From NCBI GenBank assembly GCA_051294375.1, contig CM119270.1, positions 5,974,027-6,038,026 on the forward strand: a stretch of 64,000 bases of DNA, given 5' to 3'. A program made the translations under genes and the position numbers. This stretch comes from Paraspadella gotoi. Taxonomy: Eukaryota > Animalia > Chaetognatha. The notes under the pieces are model-generated. The model was given only the letters and a program-made list of their open reading frames with translations. It was not told where the DNA came from and did not search any database. Positions 25,301 through 37,066 of this stretch are shown piece after piece; within the stretch, counting starts at the first letter, position 1; every line of letters begins with the position of its first letter.

Positions 25301-27392
25301 ATTCCGGCATCTAGCGCACTGCGAAAATTTTGCTAACTTCAACATTTTTTCGCTGGAACATGGATCCTCTTCGAAGGTTCATATCTCTGAGCAAACATGT
25401 GAGTCGTTGAGGAGTTTTGGCCTTTTCTTTTCAAGTGGAAATGACAACACCGACGGCGTAAATGTGAACTTAAGCAAGAGCGAGAGCGAAGAAGATGACA
25501 ATGACAGCGTTATGGTGGACAGCATCAACGTGAGCCGCAACTTTGATAATTTTTACTCGGCAGCATTCGTAGCGTTTTACGTGAGATAACTTCATCGAAC
25601 TCGATGGAGGAAAAATAACTTTAACAAGTTATAATTGAAATCTTATTCTTAATCTTACTTAATGCAAAGAGAAAAATTCACCCGTGATGATTTTCCCGCG
25701 ATTTTGCTTTTTCTTCTTTCCTCTCACTTTTTCCCTGACGGCGGAAGGAGGAGCGTCGTGAATGCAATTGACGCCGTCTATGGCGTTGATGCCGTCTATG
25801 GCGCCCGAGCCTCCGATTTGCAATTGGCTAGAGCGAGCGTAGTTTTGACTTTCGGCTTTGTAACGATTCCCCGTCTTTCTTCTTCTGATAAATAGTAGGG
25901 TTGCTATTATACAATCCATCTCCACTGAATTTATATGCAAATAGTTGTAAACGTTGATTTTTTTTTCTCTCTTAAAACTATTTAATTATTTCATTCAACT
26001 ATCGTTTACGCCTTAATAATGTTTAAATCTTTTCGCAAACAGGTGCCTAATCATGACTTTATCACTTAACGAAAAAGATTACAAACACTCAACAATAATA
26101 AACTAAATAATTAAAATTTATACAAATAAATTAGAAATACCTGGCGCGATCTTGAAAGACAATGAAAAATCCGACGCAGGAAGCAGCGACGGCGACTGTG
26201 AGAAGAGAACCGAAGCCGGCGCCAATTCCCACGTAGTAGCCCATCGCTGGAAATTGATAATTACTTCTTTGTTTTAGTCGCTGAGATTTTATGAATTGCT
26301 AAATATTTTTTTTTTGTTCTTTATTGCTATTAATTATTACAATATTACATAGCTCAGATTTTTTTAATTGTCGCTTAACACTTGTAATACAGACATTAAA
26401 TATTTAAAATTGAATGTACTATACTAGTCCGCTACTCAGGGCTGTAATAAAGATCAATACTTTATTAAAAGTATTAAAACAAATTCAGCATCCGTTCTTT
26501 ACCCTCGTAATACTCCGCCTCTCTTCCGTATTCCATCAAAGCTCCGAACTTCGTTTTGTAAAACCCGCGCCTTTTCACGAATTCGGGATCGAGGCATTTC
26601 GGCGGCTTCGCGCTCCAAGCGCTGTTCGATTCGCAGCGGGCAAAGGCGGAACCAGAGAGAAGAAAATCGGGGCGACAAATGAACATCGCCGTGCTGCCGT
26701 AGCGGAGGCCTGAATAGGAAAAGAGAAGGAAATAGTTGGGAAAGGAGTTTAAAGTTTAAACAATTGAAATTAAATTTGAACAATGAAAATGATTACTATG
26801 GAGACGGAAAAGCCAAAATTTAGAAAAAACAAAAAAATATAATGAAATTGGTACAACCAATATAAAAATTATACATCCATTTAATAAATAAGCTATCTTG
26901 TCCCTCACTTTGGACAGGCTTAAGGCCTCCATCGCACATAACTTAATATCTATTAGAAAACTAGAGCAGAAAGTAATCTCACCTTGGGTAGATGCACCCT
27001 CTATTTCCAGAAGGCAACACTAACGACCCCATCCCAAAAATAGATAAATTATATTAAATGTAAATATTTAACAAAGAAAAAATATCATAACAAATAAATA
27101 AAATCATAAATATTAAATACTTTAAAATCTAAAAAAACAGAATATATTTAACAAGTAACTTTGCAATTTTCATAGGGATGAAGATGAGGAAGAGGATGAT
27201 GAAGAAGACGTTGATGACGATAATGATGCTGACAATGAGGATATACAAATGATGCGAAGAAAAAAAGTAAAATGAATCTGATATTCACCCGCGGTGAGCG
27301 TCACGTTTCCATCCTCAATGTCAAGGTCGTCGCAGAAGACCTCTTTGCAAAACGGAGGCTCGCCAGACCAAGACCCGTTGTGGAGACACATT
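19541..27392 (-). CDS. 3' part of a Sushi/CCP-domain type-I membrane protein (1.5 CCP, TM, Tyr-motif cytoplasmic tail); 5' exons not adjacent
   Basis: Exons ~27392-27289 (MCLHNGSWSGEPPFCKEVFCDDL..), ~26709-26503 (YGSTAMFICRPDFLLSGSAFARCESNSAWSAKPPKC), ~26246-26141 (TM YYVGIGAGFGSLLTVAVAASCVGFFIVF), ~25885-25740 (RRRK..), 20287-20114 (EYYNTI) and 19776-19541 (YENV..GLTSL*). The phase link between ~25740 and 20287 is unresolved. Confidence 0.75.
20716..22768 (+). CDS. Secreted uncharacterised protein A (nested antisense gene), 5 exons
   Basis: Exons ~20716-20849, 21033-~21168, 21454-21687, 21754-21832, 22524-22768. Signal peptide MPWDFFVFFLCFSIVEG; ends GYFAVYVR*; exon-by-exon similarity to protein B. 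Confidence 0.75.
22984..25589 (+). CDS. Secreted uncharacterised protein B (paralog of A), ~6 exons
   Basis: Exons ~22984-23114, 23209-23332, 23531-~23670, 23901-23984, 24084-24156, 25285-25589. Signal peptide MINTKLSLILLLLSPVPSHG. Motifs shared with A: KFF, TYD, W-x-L-x-x-K, C..C..W-x-F-x-E, (I/V)VF-x-A, IV-x-NSSWP, A-x-YVR*. Confidence 0.75.
24245..25009. mobile_element. Helentron-associated interspersed element (HINE/DINE-1-like) in an intron of gene B
   Basis: Starts tttttagtcggatctgc..gcagatcccgactctata (5' hairpin), has (gtcc/gtct)n microsatellites, an internal duplicated block and a 3' subterminal inverted copy gcagatccgac (~24979) ending aaacttgtt. Confidence 0.65.
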
Positions 27393-27635
27393 CTGGGAGA
27401 GAAAGGGGGAGGAGAAAGAAAGAATGAGAGCGGGGAGCGATGGGGCAAGTTGAATTATTAGTAAACGTCGACTTTATGGATTAAATTAAGTTTCTCTCAC
27501 TTACAAAATAAATGAATAATCAAACAAAAAATTATACACGCGCATACTAGTTTATTTAAACGCAAGATTTTAAGCACCAAACGAAAAAACCAAAACACAA
27601 AACATTGCATAAAATAACAAAAAAAAAAATGATAA

Positions 27636-30600
27636 CTAATTTTCATTTCCCCCCTTCCCCTCCTCTTCCTCCTCCTCCTCCCTTTTCTTCACTTCCTTTC
27701 CCTCTCTCTTCATCTCCCTCCCTTTCTCCATAATCATTATGATTTGAAAAAGCACGCCGACCGCCGCCGCCGCCGCGGTCAACGCGACCCCGGCGACGTG
27801 GGACATCTTCCGTGCCGGCGCCGCGTCCGAGTCGCAATCGGCGCCGTCGTCCACGGCGCTTAGCAGCGCCGTCAGCGCCGCGGGCGATGCCAAAGCGCTG
27901 ACGGAGTTGACGAAGAAAAAGGCGCTGGAGACGAAGAGCGGGTCGGCGGGGTTGGCGGCGGCGTCGGCGGCGTTGTCCGCCCCGAAGAGTTCGTAGATGA
28001 CAACCCAGATGACTCCGTACCAACCCTGATGACAGAAGCCCAAGAAGGCCGTCAAGAGGGAGACGCCGACGAAGGAGTCGACGACGAAGATGAAGAGGAG
28101 GTTGAGGACGAAGACGAGGAGAGAATCGGAGAGGAAGACGAGGAGCTTACGACTGACTGGAGAGAGAGAGGGAGAGATAGAGGAAGATAGATAGAGATAG
28201 AGAGATAGAGGAAGATTATTATTGTGTTGGATTGAGGTTTTTTGCTCAGTTACAACGACTTGTCCGCATTACAAGATTTACATATGTAAACACTAAACAC
28301 GTATATGAAATTGGTACAATTATACGGAGTTCTGACTTGAATCTTTTTTTTGGGAAAGCCGTTGCCAACGGCGTTGGAATGTCGTTTTAATTAAAATTGA
28401 AAACAGAAAATTTAAGAGATTTTTTAACGTTATGAAGTAACCTAAGGGACTCCAGGAGAGCAAAGGTCCCAATACCAGAACGCCGACGATTCCACCGACG
28501 CCATAAAAGGAAAGAACCAGAGAAATTTGATGCTCAATTTCGGTATTAAGGTTGATCGTTGCGTTGTCGGTTGAGACGGATTGGTTCGAGGGGCAAGAGC
28601 TGAAAAAGAAGATCAAACAAAGATGTTACAATTATCGCTACGTTGTAAGAAAATGGAATAATGTAAACGTCAACCCCGTGTCGTCCAAACAGTCTACGCA
28701 ATATGTCTTTATTAATTTTTTGTCGAGCAATTAATTAAGATTGAGGGGTTAAACAAATTAAAAAGGAACTAAAAAGTAAATTATAAAATAATCTAAACAA
28801 ATTTTCAGAATTTCTTTTTATTTTTGCAACGAGATTTCCGTTTCCAAAAAAAAAAAGATAGTAAAAAATAAGAAAAAGAAAAAAACCGTGTACAAATAAA
28901 TTTTCATTGAATTTTAATACAACCAACCTGGAAAACGACTCCGACAACAGAGCTGGCAAAAATACTCTCATGCCGAACATTCCGATGTTATTAACGAAAC
29001 CGTAAAGAAGAAATACGACGACGAGCCTTCGCTTAAAGAGCCGCTTGAACGTCCGCAAGAAAGACTCCCTCTCAAAGGCCAACGAAGCCTCCAACGTTGG
29101 CATCTGCTGCAAATACTTGTCCAACGTGGTCAGCGTGTCCAAGAAGACCATCCCTACGTCCTTCGGCGGCCCGGACAAATTTCCCCCCTGGCCGACTTCG
29201 ACGTTTTCCTCCGCGAAAGTCACGCTGCTATTTTTCGTTGCCGGATCTTCTCCGGAATTCTTCTCGGCGAATTCCTCCGTGACCGGCGTCGATCGTCCGT
29301 CGCTTCGATCCGTACGAATCTCCACCTCCTCCTCATCCTCCTCGGAAATGCTCGTCCGCGCGATGGTCCCTCCCTCGATCGACTCGCGAAAGACTCCGTG
29401 GATCGCGGGGAGACTCAACTTCCTCGTCTCGATCTTTCGTCTCTCGAAGCCGAGATTCTCGTAGCCGTCTCGCCGCTCGAACTTGACGTCGGGAAGACTC
29501 TTCGCTCGCTCTCGCATCTTCCACTTCTTCTTGGCTTTGGACGAGCGAGTCTTGATGATGGGAGCGAAGGTGGAGTTGATGAGGAAACTGCGCAGGGATG
29601 TGGCGGCCAAAGCTTGGGCCAGGGATGGGAAGGAGCTCTCCTCGCCGAGTTCGATCATGAAGAGGGAGAAGAGGATTATGAGGCTCCAGAGGAGACCGAG
29701 GATGAGAAGGGCGGTGTTCCAGCCGTATCTGAAATTTAATTCATTTATTTATTCATTCAATCATTCATTTATTTATTCATTCATTTATTTTGTTGACCTG
29801 GAGATGATATAGTCCGCGAGAAGAGGAAGTAGCATCATCCCGACTGGAGCTCCGCAGTTTGAGACTCCGTAGGCCAAAGCGCGATACTTTTGGGTCGCCC
29901 TTCCTGAGAAAAAGACAATATTTTATTGCGCCTATATGAGCTAATATGTTATGAATATTATCTGTAAAAAAAATAAAATAAAATAAAAACCGATAAGATT
30001 CATGGTGAACAACATAATTGGTCCGGCGAAGATGAAAGGGACGACTCCGAGCAGAAGAACCAACGCTTCGGCAGAATCCGCCACCAACGCCGATAACACG
30101 TAACTNNNNNNNNNNTAAATATATTTTTAAATTATCGTAACCTAATATACATTATGGATAGAGTCATCCTAATCTTTTATCATATGATTATAATTTCAAC
30201 TGTGGTAATTAGTATTTTTTTTTTATGTAGACATTTTTAAATTACCAAAATTTTAAGTTTTAAATCTAAGAGAATTTCGATTTATTAATTGTTTTTTTCC
30301 CGGTCCTATAATTAAATTTATCATTGATAATTATCCATTAAATTGAAATGGACACCCACGCAGCAGTTTGCACGGTGGCGACGACGCCTACGACGATTTG
30401 TCCCGGCAATTTCCTGAGGATGACAGCGTGAACCATCGAGAGAAAATTAAAGCCGAATCCCAATCCTTGAACCCAGACGAGAGTGGAGTGAGAAGAAGAG
30501 TAAGAGAAGCGCCACTCCTCAATGAACGACCCTTTATTTGTTTATACATAAGTACAAGAATTAGTTTGGGGAAAAAAATGAGTATACGTACTTTACAAAC

Positions 30601-30952
30601 AAGTTTTATATAATGCTAAAGTTGTTTTGACTTGTAAAATCATTTCATTTCCTTGTTATAATCCATATACTTATTCAATCTTTTAGAATTCAAATTTTAA
30701 AACTGTTATTTTTATTGAATTATTTTTTCTTTTATTTATCAAAAATAGACACTAGGTACATTAAAAAAAAATAATCCGAAAGTGACAAAATAATCAAAAC
30801 ATTTTGGACTCACCCAAGGCGTGATTGACGCCGATCAAAAGGAACATGGTCACAAAACCGATGATGACGATGATCACAGACCAGGCGGAGTCTTTGGCAA
30901 AGGACGCGCGCGGAAACAGGCGGCGCATCAGGCCGCGTGTGGACCAATTCAT
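27636..30952 (-). CDS. MFS transporter, SLC16/monocarboxylate-transporter-like, ~7 exons
   Basis: Exons ~30952-30814, 30530-30360, 30103-29991, 29903-29798, 29728-28928, ~28599-28442, 28156-27636. KDSAWSVIIV (D-GWGW-like TM1), KYRALAYGVSNCGAPVG, YGWNTALLILG, long hydrophilic central loop, about 12 hydrophobic segments. A 10-N gap (30106-30115) sits at one acceptor. Confidence 0.8.
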
Positions 30953-31913
30953 GATCAGGCGGGAACGATTTGGAAAAAAGTATTACTCCGAAAATAAGAG
31001 AGAGAGAGAGATAGTAATGAGTTTTCTTTTTTATTTTTTTTTTAAAACGGGTTCCACCAGGTACAGACTATCCCCGAAAAGGGGAAAAAAATACCAATGA
31101 GAATTTCTTTTGTAACCATTAACAATAAAATGTTGCCGTTATATCCAAATTGTTTCAACATTGTGTCAACATTACGATAAATCGAGACATTTTATAAATG
31201 ATGTCTACCATTATGTCAATTAATCAACTTTGTTTATTGAATTGTAAATTTTAATGAGTTTTTACATTTCCACTCTGTACAGTTGGAGCAAAAACCTGTT
31301 ATTATCACATGAATCTTCTTTGGAAAATTGTTTGAAAGTTAATTTATTACCTTGACAGAACTAAACCGTTTTAGAATGACTTTTTTTCCGATGTCGTGGT
31401 CGTGGCATTACTAATACTATTAGTAATTATTTTTAATATTATATAACTTTGTGTTTTATAAAATTTTCACTCTACAAATCATATTTAAAAGAAAAATTAT
31501 GTTAAAACGAACCGGTCGGTACAAGCTATTAACGACGGAAAAGGGACTTGGAGAGTTTCTCCTTGAGTACATGCGACACTTAGAAAAACACTTTTTGTAT
31601 AGCAACTGCAATAGATTTGTAGATCTTCATTGAGTACTTATATATATATTGTACGGTGCAAAACAACTGTTGTTTAGGAAATATACAAACTTTTTCTTAA
31701 ACAACACTTTTTATCCCTTATCACTAAATTAAAGTCATATAGCCATAACGCAGAAGCTTATTTCAAAATAAAAAAAAATATTTCAACTTAATAACCAGGT
31801 TGAACGACCCCACGGTCCGGTTTTCTTCAAGTTTTGCCCTCAGAACTGAATGGAATGCTGCTATAATTTTAATCAAGGGAGAAGAAAGAGTATGATGAAA
31901 AAAATTGAGAACG

Positions 31914-32047
<134 letters not shown>

Positions 32048-33693
32048 GCAGCTTTGAGAAATAGTATTAGTAGTTCGACTTTTTAGCTTAAGCCCAGAAA
32101 GAGTGTCATATTTACATACATGTTCTTAAAAAAATTTTCTTTAGTTAGTGTTTTATCAGAAGATTGACCCGACGCGAGGTAACAAAATATTTTTCAAAGA
32201 TAATAATTTAATTAACTATTTAACTCGTATTTTTTATAAAAAAATTTAATACAAACTACTCGAAAACTTTAAAAAAAAAGATAACTAAACAGAAAATGAA
32301 TTTTCGGTGCGAATTCATCATCTAACCTACTTTTCTTTCACCAAACCTGAAAACTTCACCCGAATCCTCACCTCAAACTTCCTCCGACCAAAACGAATCC
32401 CGCGTACCGAGCGCCCCAGAAGAAGATTCTTCATCTTCTTTTTATCATTGTTCGTTTCGCCGTTTTTCTCTCTTCTTGGCTCGACACTTTTAATGCGCCA
32501 GCATTATATGTCCTGCGTCTGGTTTCTTTGGGATACTAGTATCGTCATGGTCTCGTGCGTCTTCTTTCAGAAATTTTTCTTTTCACTCTTTCGCATGCCG
32601 CATTAAACCAGCAATGGTTTGTTCAATTTTACGCGAGATGATTTTACTTCTCTCATGCAGAGTAGCCTGGATTTTCACCACAAACTTCAGACTCGCGGCG
32701 AACTAGCTCTCGAATTATTGTTCGCTCATAGCTCAGCTTCGTAGCAGATCGAACCTTCATTGCTGCTCTTCCGATTCTGATATCCGCATTCCCGTTCATT
32801 TCACGCTTTGGCCCTGGTGTCGCACATTCGTGTACTAGTTTTTAATTATTAAACGTCTCTCGTCCTCTCGTCTTATCGCTTTTGGGCAGGTCTGTCTTCG
32901 TCGCTCTCTTCTGCTCTCGTCTCTCTCTCGGTCTTTGTCAGCGAACTTTAAGCTCCTGCTTGTCTCAGGAGCCTTTTTTTCGTAGGTCTTTGCGCCTGAG
33001 AGAGAGAGAGGAGGAGAGAGAGAGAGAGAGAGTAGAGTCTTACGCCGATTTTGATATGTGAGACCACGCGAGAGGGAAAAGGGTGCAGAAAATTTTGGCA
33101 AGGTTGTCAGTATCTAGTAGCGAAGGGCAAAACAGGAGAAAGAAATCTAAGTAAGAAAGTTGACCGAAGATTAGAATCTAAAATTAGAACCTAGTAAATT
33201 CTAAACAAAAAATATAAAAAATATGAATGAAATTTTTGAACGACAATATTGATTTTATGTACTTTTCCATCAAACACTTCCCGCAACTTCAAGAAGAAGC
33301 GATAATTAATGAATAAATAATAATAATAGCGGAATTAAAGCGAATAAACTTAGCTAACCTGCAATGCCAATAATGATGTTTTCCCTAAAAGAGTAATCTA
33401 CAAAACAAGTGACGAATTAAATGGCATTCGAAATGAAAACAAAAGAAATTAATTTTCATTCATATACTTTATAAATATAAAAAAAAAACACCGGAATCTC
33501 GTGCAAGCTGAAGAGATTCCGCCATTGACAAACTTTTCAAAGAATAAAATTATACAACTCCCTGCAAGGACCAGTTTAACCAACTTCGTTGAAACGAACA
33601 TCATTGATTCAAAATCTCCGCTGTCTTCTCGGCATGCCCACCTGATTCTTTCCGCAACCACCTGAATCTTTTCCGCAACCTAAGGAGAAAAAA

Positions 33694-35649
33694 ATGGCTA
33701 ACTTTCCTCCCTTCGCGTCTTTTCCCGCTCTTTCGACTCTCTCTCCATTCTCGCGCCGTCCGGACTTTAACTCGTGCGTTCGACGGGATGCCTCGCCGGG
33801 ATTGCCGCGCTTCTCCTCCGGAACGCCGTCCCGGCCCGGCCGGAAGAAGGCGCGTCTGCTACTCTTAACAACTGGTCACAGGACGCGAGGGCGGAAGCCC
33901 GGCTTTGGCCGAGGACGTAGATCCTCTTTCTCTGCAACGCACATTCTTTATGCTTTTACTACATCGAGGGTGAGAAGATTGAATGATTGATTGAATTGAT
34001 ATTGATTTTTTGATTATTCTTCAATTATTAAATGATTGATTTAAATTTAATAATGGTTTAATTAATAAATTGAATTATTAATTCACTGACTCAAACTTTT
34101 ATTCATCAACTCATACATTTTTAGACGAAAACGTTTATTCAATTGTCTCATTGACTCCTTCATTCTATCACTGACTCATTGACTGATTTCTGATTGATTC
34201 TTTGATTGGTTAGACTTGTCCCTCAAACCCACGGCCGCGCGCAAAAACGACGAGGACCTGCTTGCGTCGAATCAAAGAAAACTAAATCCGTGAATCCGGA
34301 TTTGAAAATCCTCATTTCCGTCGTGCGGCGCCAACGCGGAGGCAAACAAAGGTTTCACGGAGGCGGCCAGGGATGGAGCGTCGAGGTGAGGAAAGGGTGA
34401 GGATCGGGTAAGGCCAAACGATGAAATAGCTGAGGGCAGCGAGGATTCGATTTGGTCTATATTGTGAGGTGGTAGGTATTAGTCTTCGTGGATGCGGAAT
34501 AGGAGTTAATAGGTATGTAGAATAAGGACAAGTCAAAGTTGAAATGCTATATAAAGGAAAGGTCGGTCTTAAGATTTATCAAAGGTCTCGTTTTTTTAGT
34601 TATATGTGAAAAACATTTTCAAACATTTCCTGACAAAATTTCTTTTTTCTTTTATGTGTTCGTTTATTTTTTGAATAGAGTAAATTTCATTTTCAATTCT
34701 CAGACGAACCTTCGCCAAAAACGCGATCCGTTTCGTTCGAGACCGAAAATTTGGACGGAATCGATCTGGACTGGGAAATATCCGGGTGGATGGGCAGAAG
34801 AAAGCAGCACGCCGATCTCATCAGGGCCTTCAGGTCGGTGGCAAATGGTGGCAATGTTCGCAAGTATTGAGTTTGTTTTTTAGTCGTCAATATATAATCA
34901 GGGCAAGATAGCTTATTTTATTTTAAAATGAATGGATAATTTTTATATTGGTTGTACCAATTTCATATATATTTTATTCGGTTAATTTAAAAAAATTTAA
35001 ATTAAATTTATAAATTTGAAGGAGGTTAGTGTTTTTATTGGAAGAATTTTCCCATCCGGTTTTTTCGCTAGTTAACAATCGTATTTGGCTTGTTAACTAA
35101 TTTATATATTTAATTGTTCATTAAGAAGTCGATATAAATGAAGAATCGAAGAATAATCGATTGCTTCTCTCGGCCGCCGTCGCCGCCGCAAAACCCAAGA
35201 TTGACGCCGGTTACGACGCTAAAGTAATTGTAATGTTATAATATTTAATATCCGATAATTAACTTAATTCAAGTAACTTTTGAAGAAAATCCAATCGAAA
35301 TATATTTCGAAATAAAAGCAACGTATCAGTGGGAAGTAGGTACATGTGAAAAAATTAGTATTACTTACCGTAAAAATAGCGAAAATTAAAGATGGAAAAT
35401 GAAAAAAGTTAAATAAATGGTTAACAAAAATTTGATTAGAATATAGGGCGTTATCATTGAAATACAACAATTTGTTTTTACTACCAAAAAAAAATTACCA
35501 TTCCTCTCAATCGCCCATAGGTCATGGTGAAGATCTGGACTTTGTCGGGATCATGACGCTATGACCTTCACGGATCCTGGGAGACGAAAACGGGGATTCA
35601 ACTCTCCCTCTCTCAGCTACGGAAGGAGAGGACTCGTATCATGTGGCTT

Positions 35650-35695
<46 letters not shown>

Positions 35696-36877
35696 GAGAG
35701 AGAGAAGAAGAGAAGAGAGAGAGATAACCTAAACTGAAATTTAAAAAAAAAGTTAATGAGCTTTTTAATAGTTAGATAATGTATATTTTTTAAACCAAAT
35801 CCCAATCTATTTAAGGCGATGAATTATTGGCACGAGCTCGGATCCAAAGGAAAAACTCTCATCGGTTTAGCCGCCTACGGAAAGATCTTGGAAACTCGGG
35901 TGGGGCGCTGAGAGTAAGTTCGAAGAAACGAGAAATGGACGGGGCTGAAAATATTGAAGGAGATAAAAGAAGTAAATCAAGCATCTGTGCTAATTTTACA
36001 ATGTGGCATTTTTTGTTAGCAGGGATTTACTTTTTGATTTATCTTTTTTAAAATAAACAATGCTAAATTATTACTAATATGGTACAAAGGAAGCAAAGTT
36101 GTTTATTACTAGTCTTTTATATTTAACTAATAGTAATTCGTCTCGAAGATTTTATTTTCTTCTTTATTGTTAAAATTAAAAATGGATAAAGGAGAGGTTT
36201 AGTTAACAATCTAAATATAACCTAACCCCTCATCTCAGCCTCACCCACCTACGGCGCCGGATTGCCCGCCCTCGGTCGCGCCGCCCGGACCTTACCTCGG
36301 CGAACGCGGCATCCTCACCTCCTACGAAATCTGCGCCGCCGTCGCGGCCGAGGGCGTCGACGTGGCCTTCGACGAGAGCCAGGGTTGCCCCTTTGCGATC
36401 GTGGGGGCAGTTGGTGTCGGAGGCGGCGGCGGCGGCGGCGGCGGCGCGCGGCGGCGGCGGCCGGCGGCGGCGGCGGCGGCGCGGCCGGCGGGGAGATACT
36501 TTTTCGGTTTTGACGACGTGAGAAGGTACATACATACAAGCATCGATTGGTTTTGTAAATTTGTGGCCGATTTGAATGAATTTTTCGACGCTTTATGTCT
36601 TCATCTGTTGATTAACCTTAATCAAAATTACAAAATGACATTTTCTTATCTCTTTTTTTTTTACTCTATATTTAAATCTATCTATTAATTTTTTTTTCAT
36701 TTTCCTTTTTAAATTTAAAATGCAGTTGGGAGATTGAAGATCGATTGGATGTCGACGAACGGTTTCGGGTGTGCTCGTCTGGGCTCTTGATCTGGACGAC
36801 TTCAACGGCAGCTTCTGCGGCGCGGACCCTTTCCGCTGATGCAGGCGATGCGGCTTAAGGTGAGGGACGTGATGTAG
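33694..36877 (+). CDS. GH18 chitinase catalytic domain (noisy sequence, several indels), ~8 exons
   Basis: Consensus of the copies gives [48 protein letters not shown] (intact DxxDxDxE, ~34751-34784), [60 protein letters not shown]. Confidence 0.92.
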
Positions 36878-37066
36878 ATGCGAAAGTGTTGAGAAGGATT
36901 GTTGTTGTTGTTGTTGTCGCGTCTCGAGCGGAAGGTGAGCCCGAGGAGGTCACTGGTCAGGCGATCCGAGAACTCTTTCATTTTATTGGTTAAACAAAAA
37001 GGGAGGGAATATCAAGTCTAGTTTCCTTCGTCCATGAGGACATCTCCATTTTAATTACTCTTTCAG

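Noticed and set aside
27636-30952. MFS gene nested on the same strand inside the Sushi-TM gene
   Set aside because: More simply explained by inversion of the 27.5-39.1 kb block.
32370-32835. Exon-like minus-strand segment with donor gtgagg, mirrored at ~44600-44900
   Set aside because: Too noisy for a stable reading frame; may be a 5' exon of the MFS gene.
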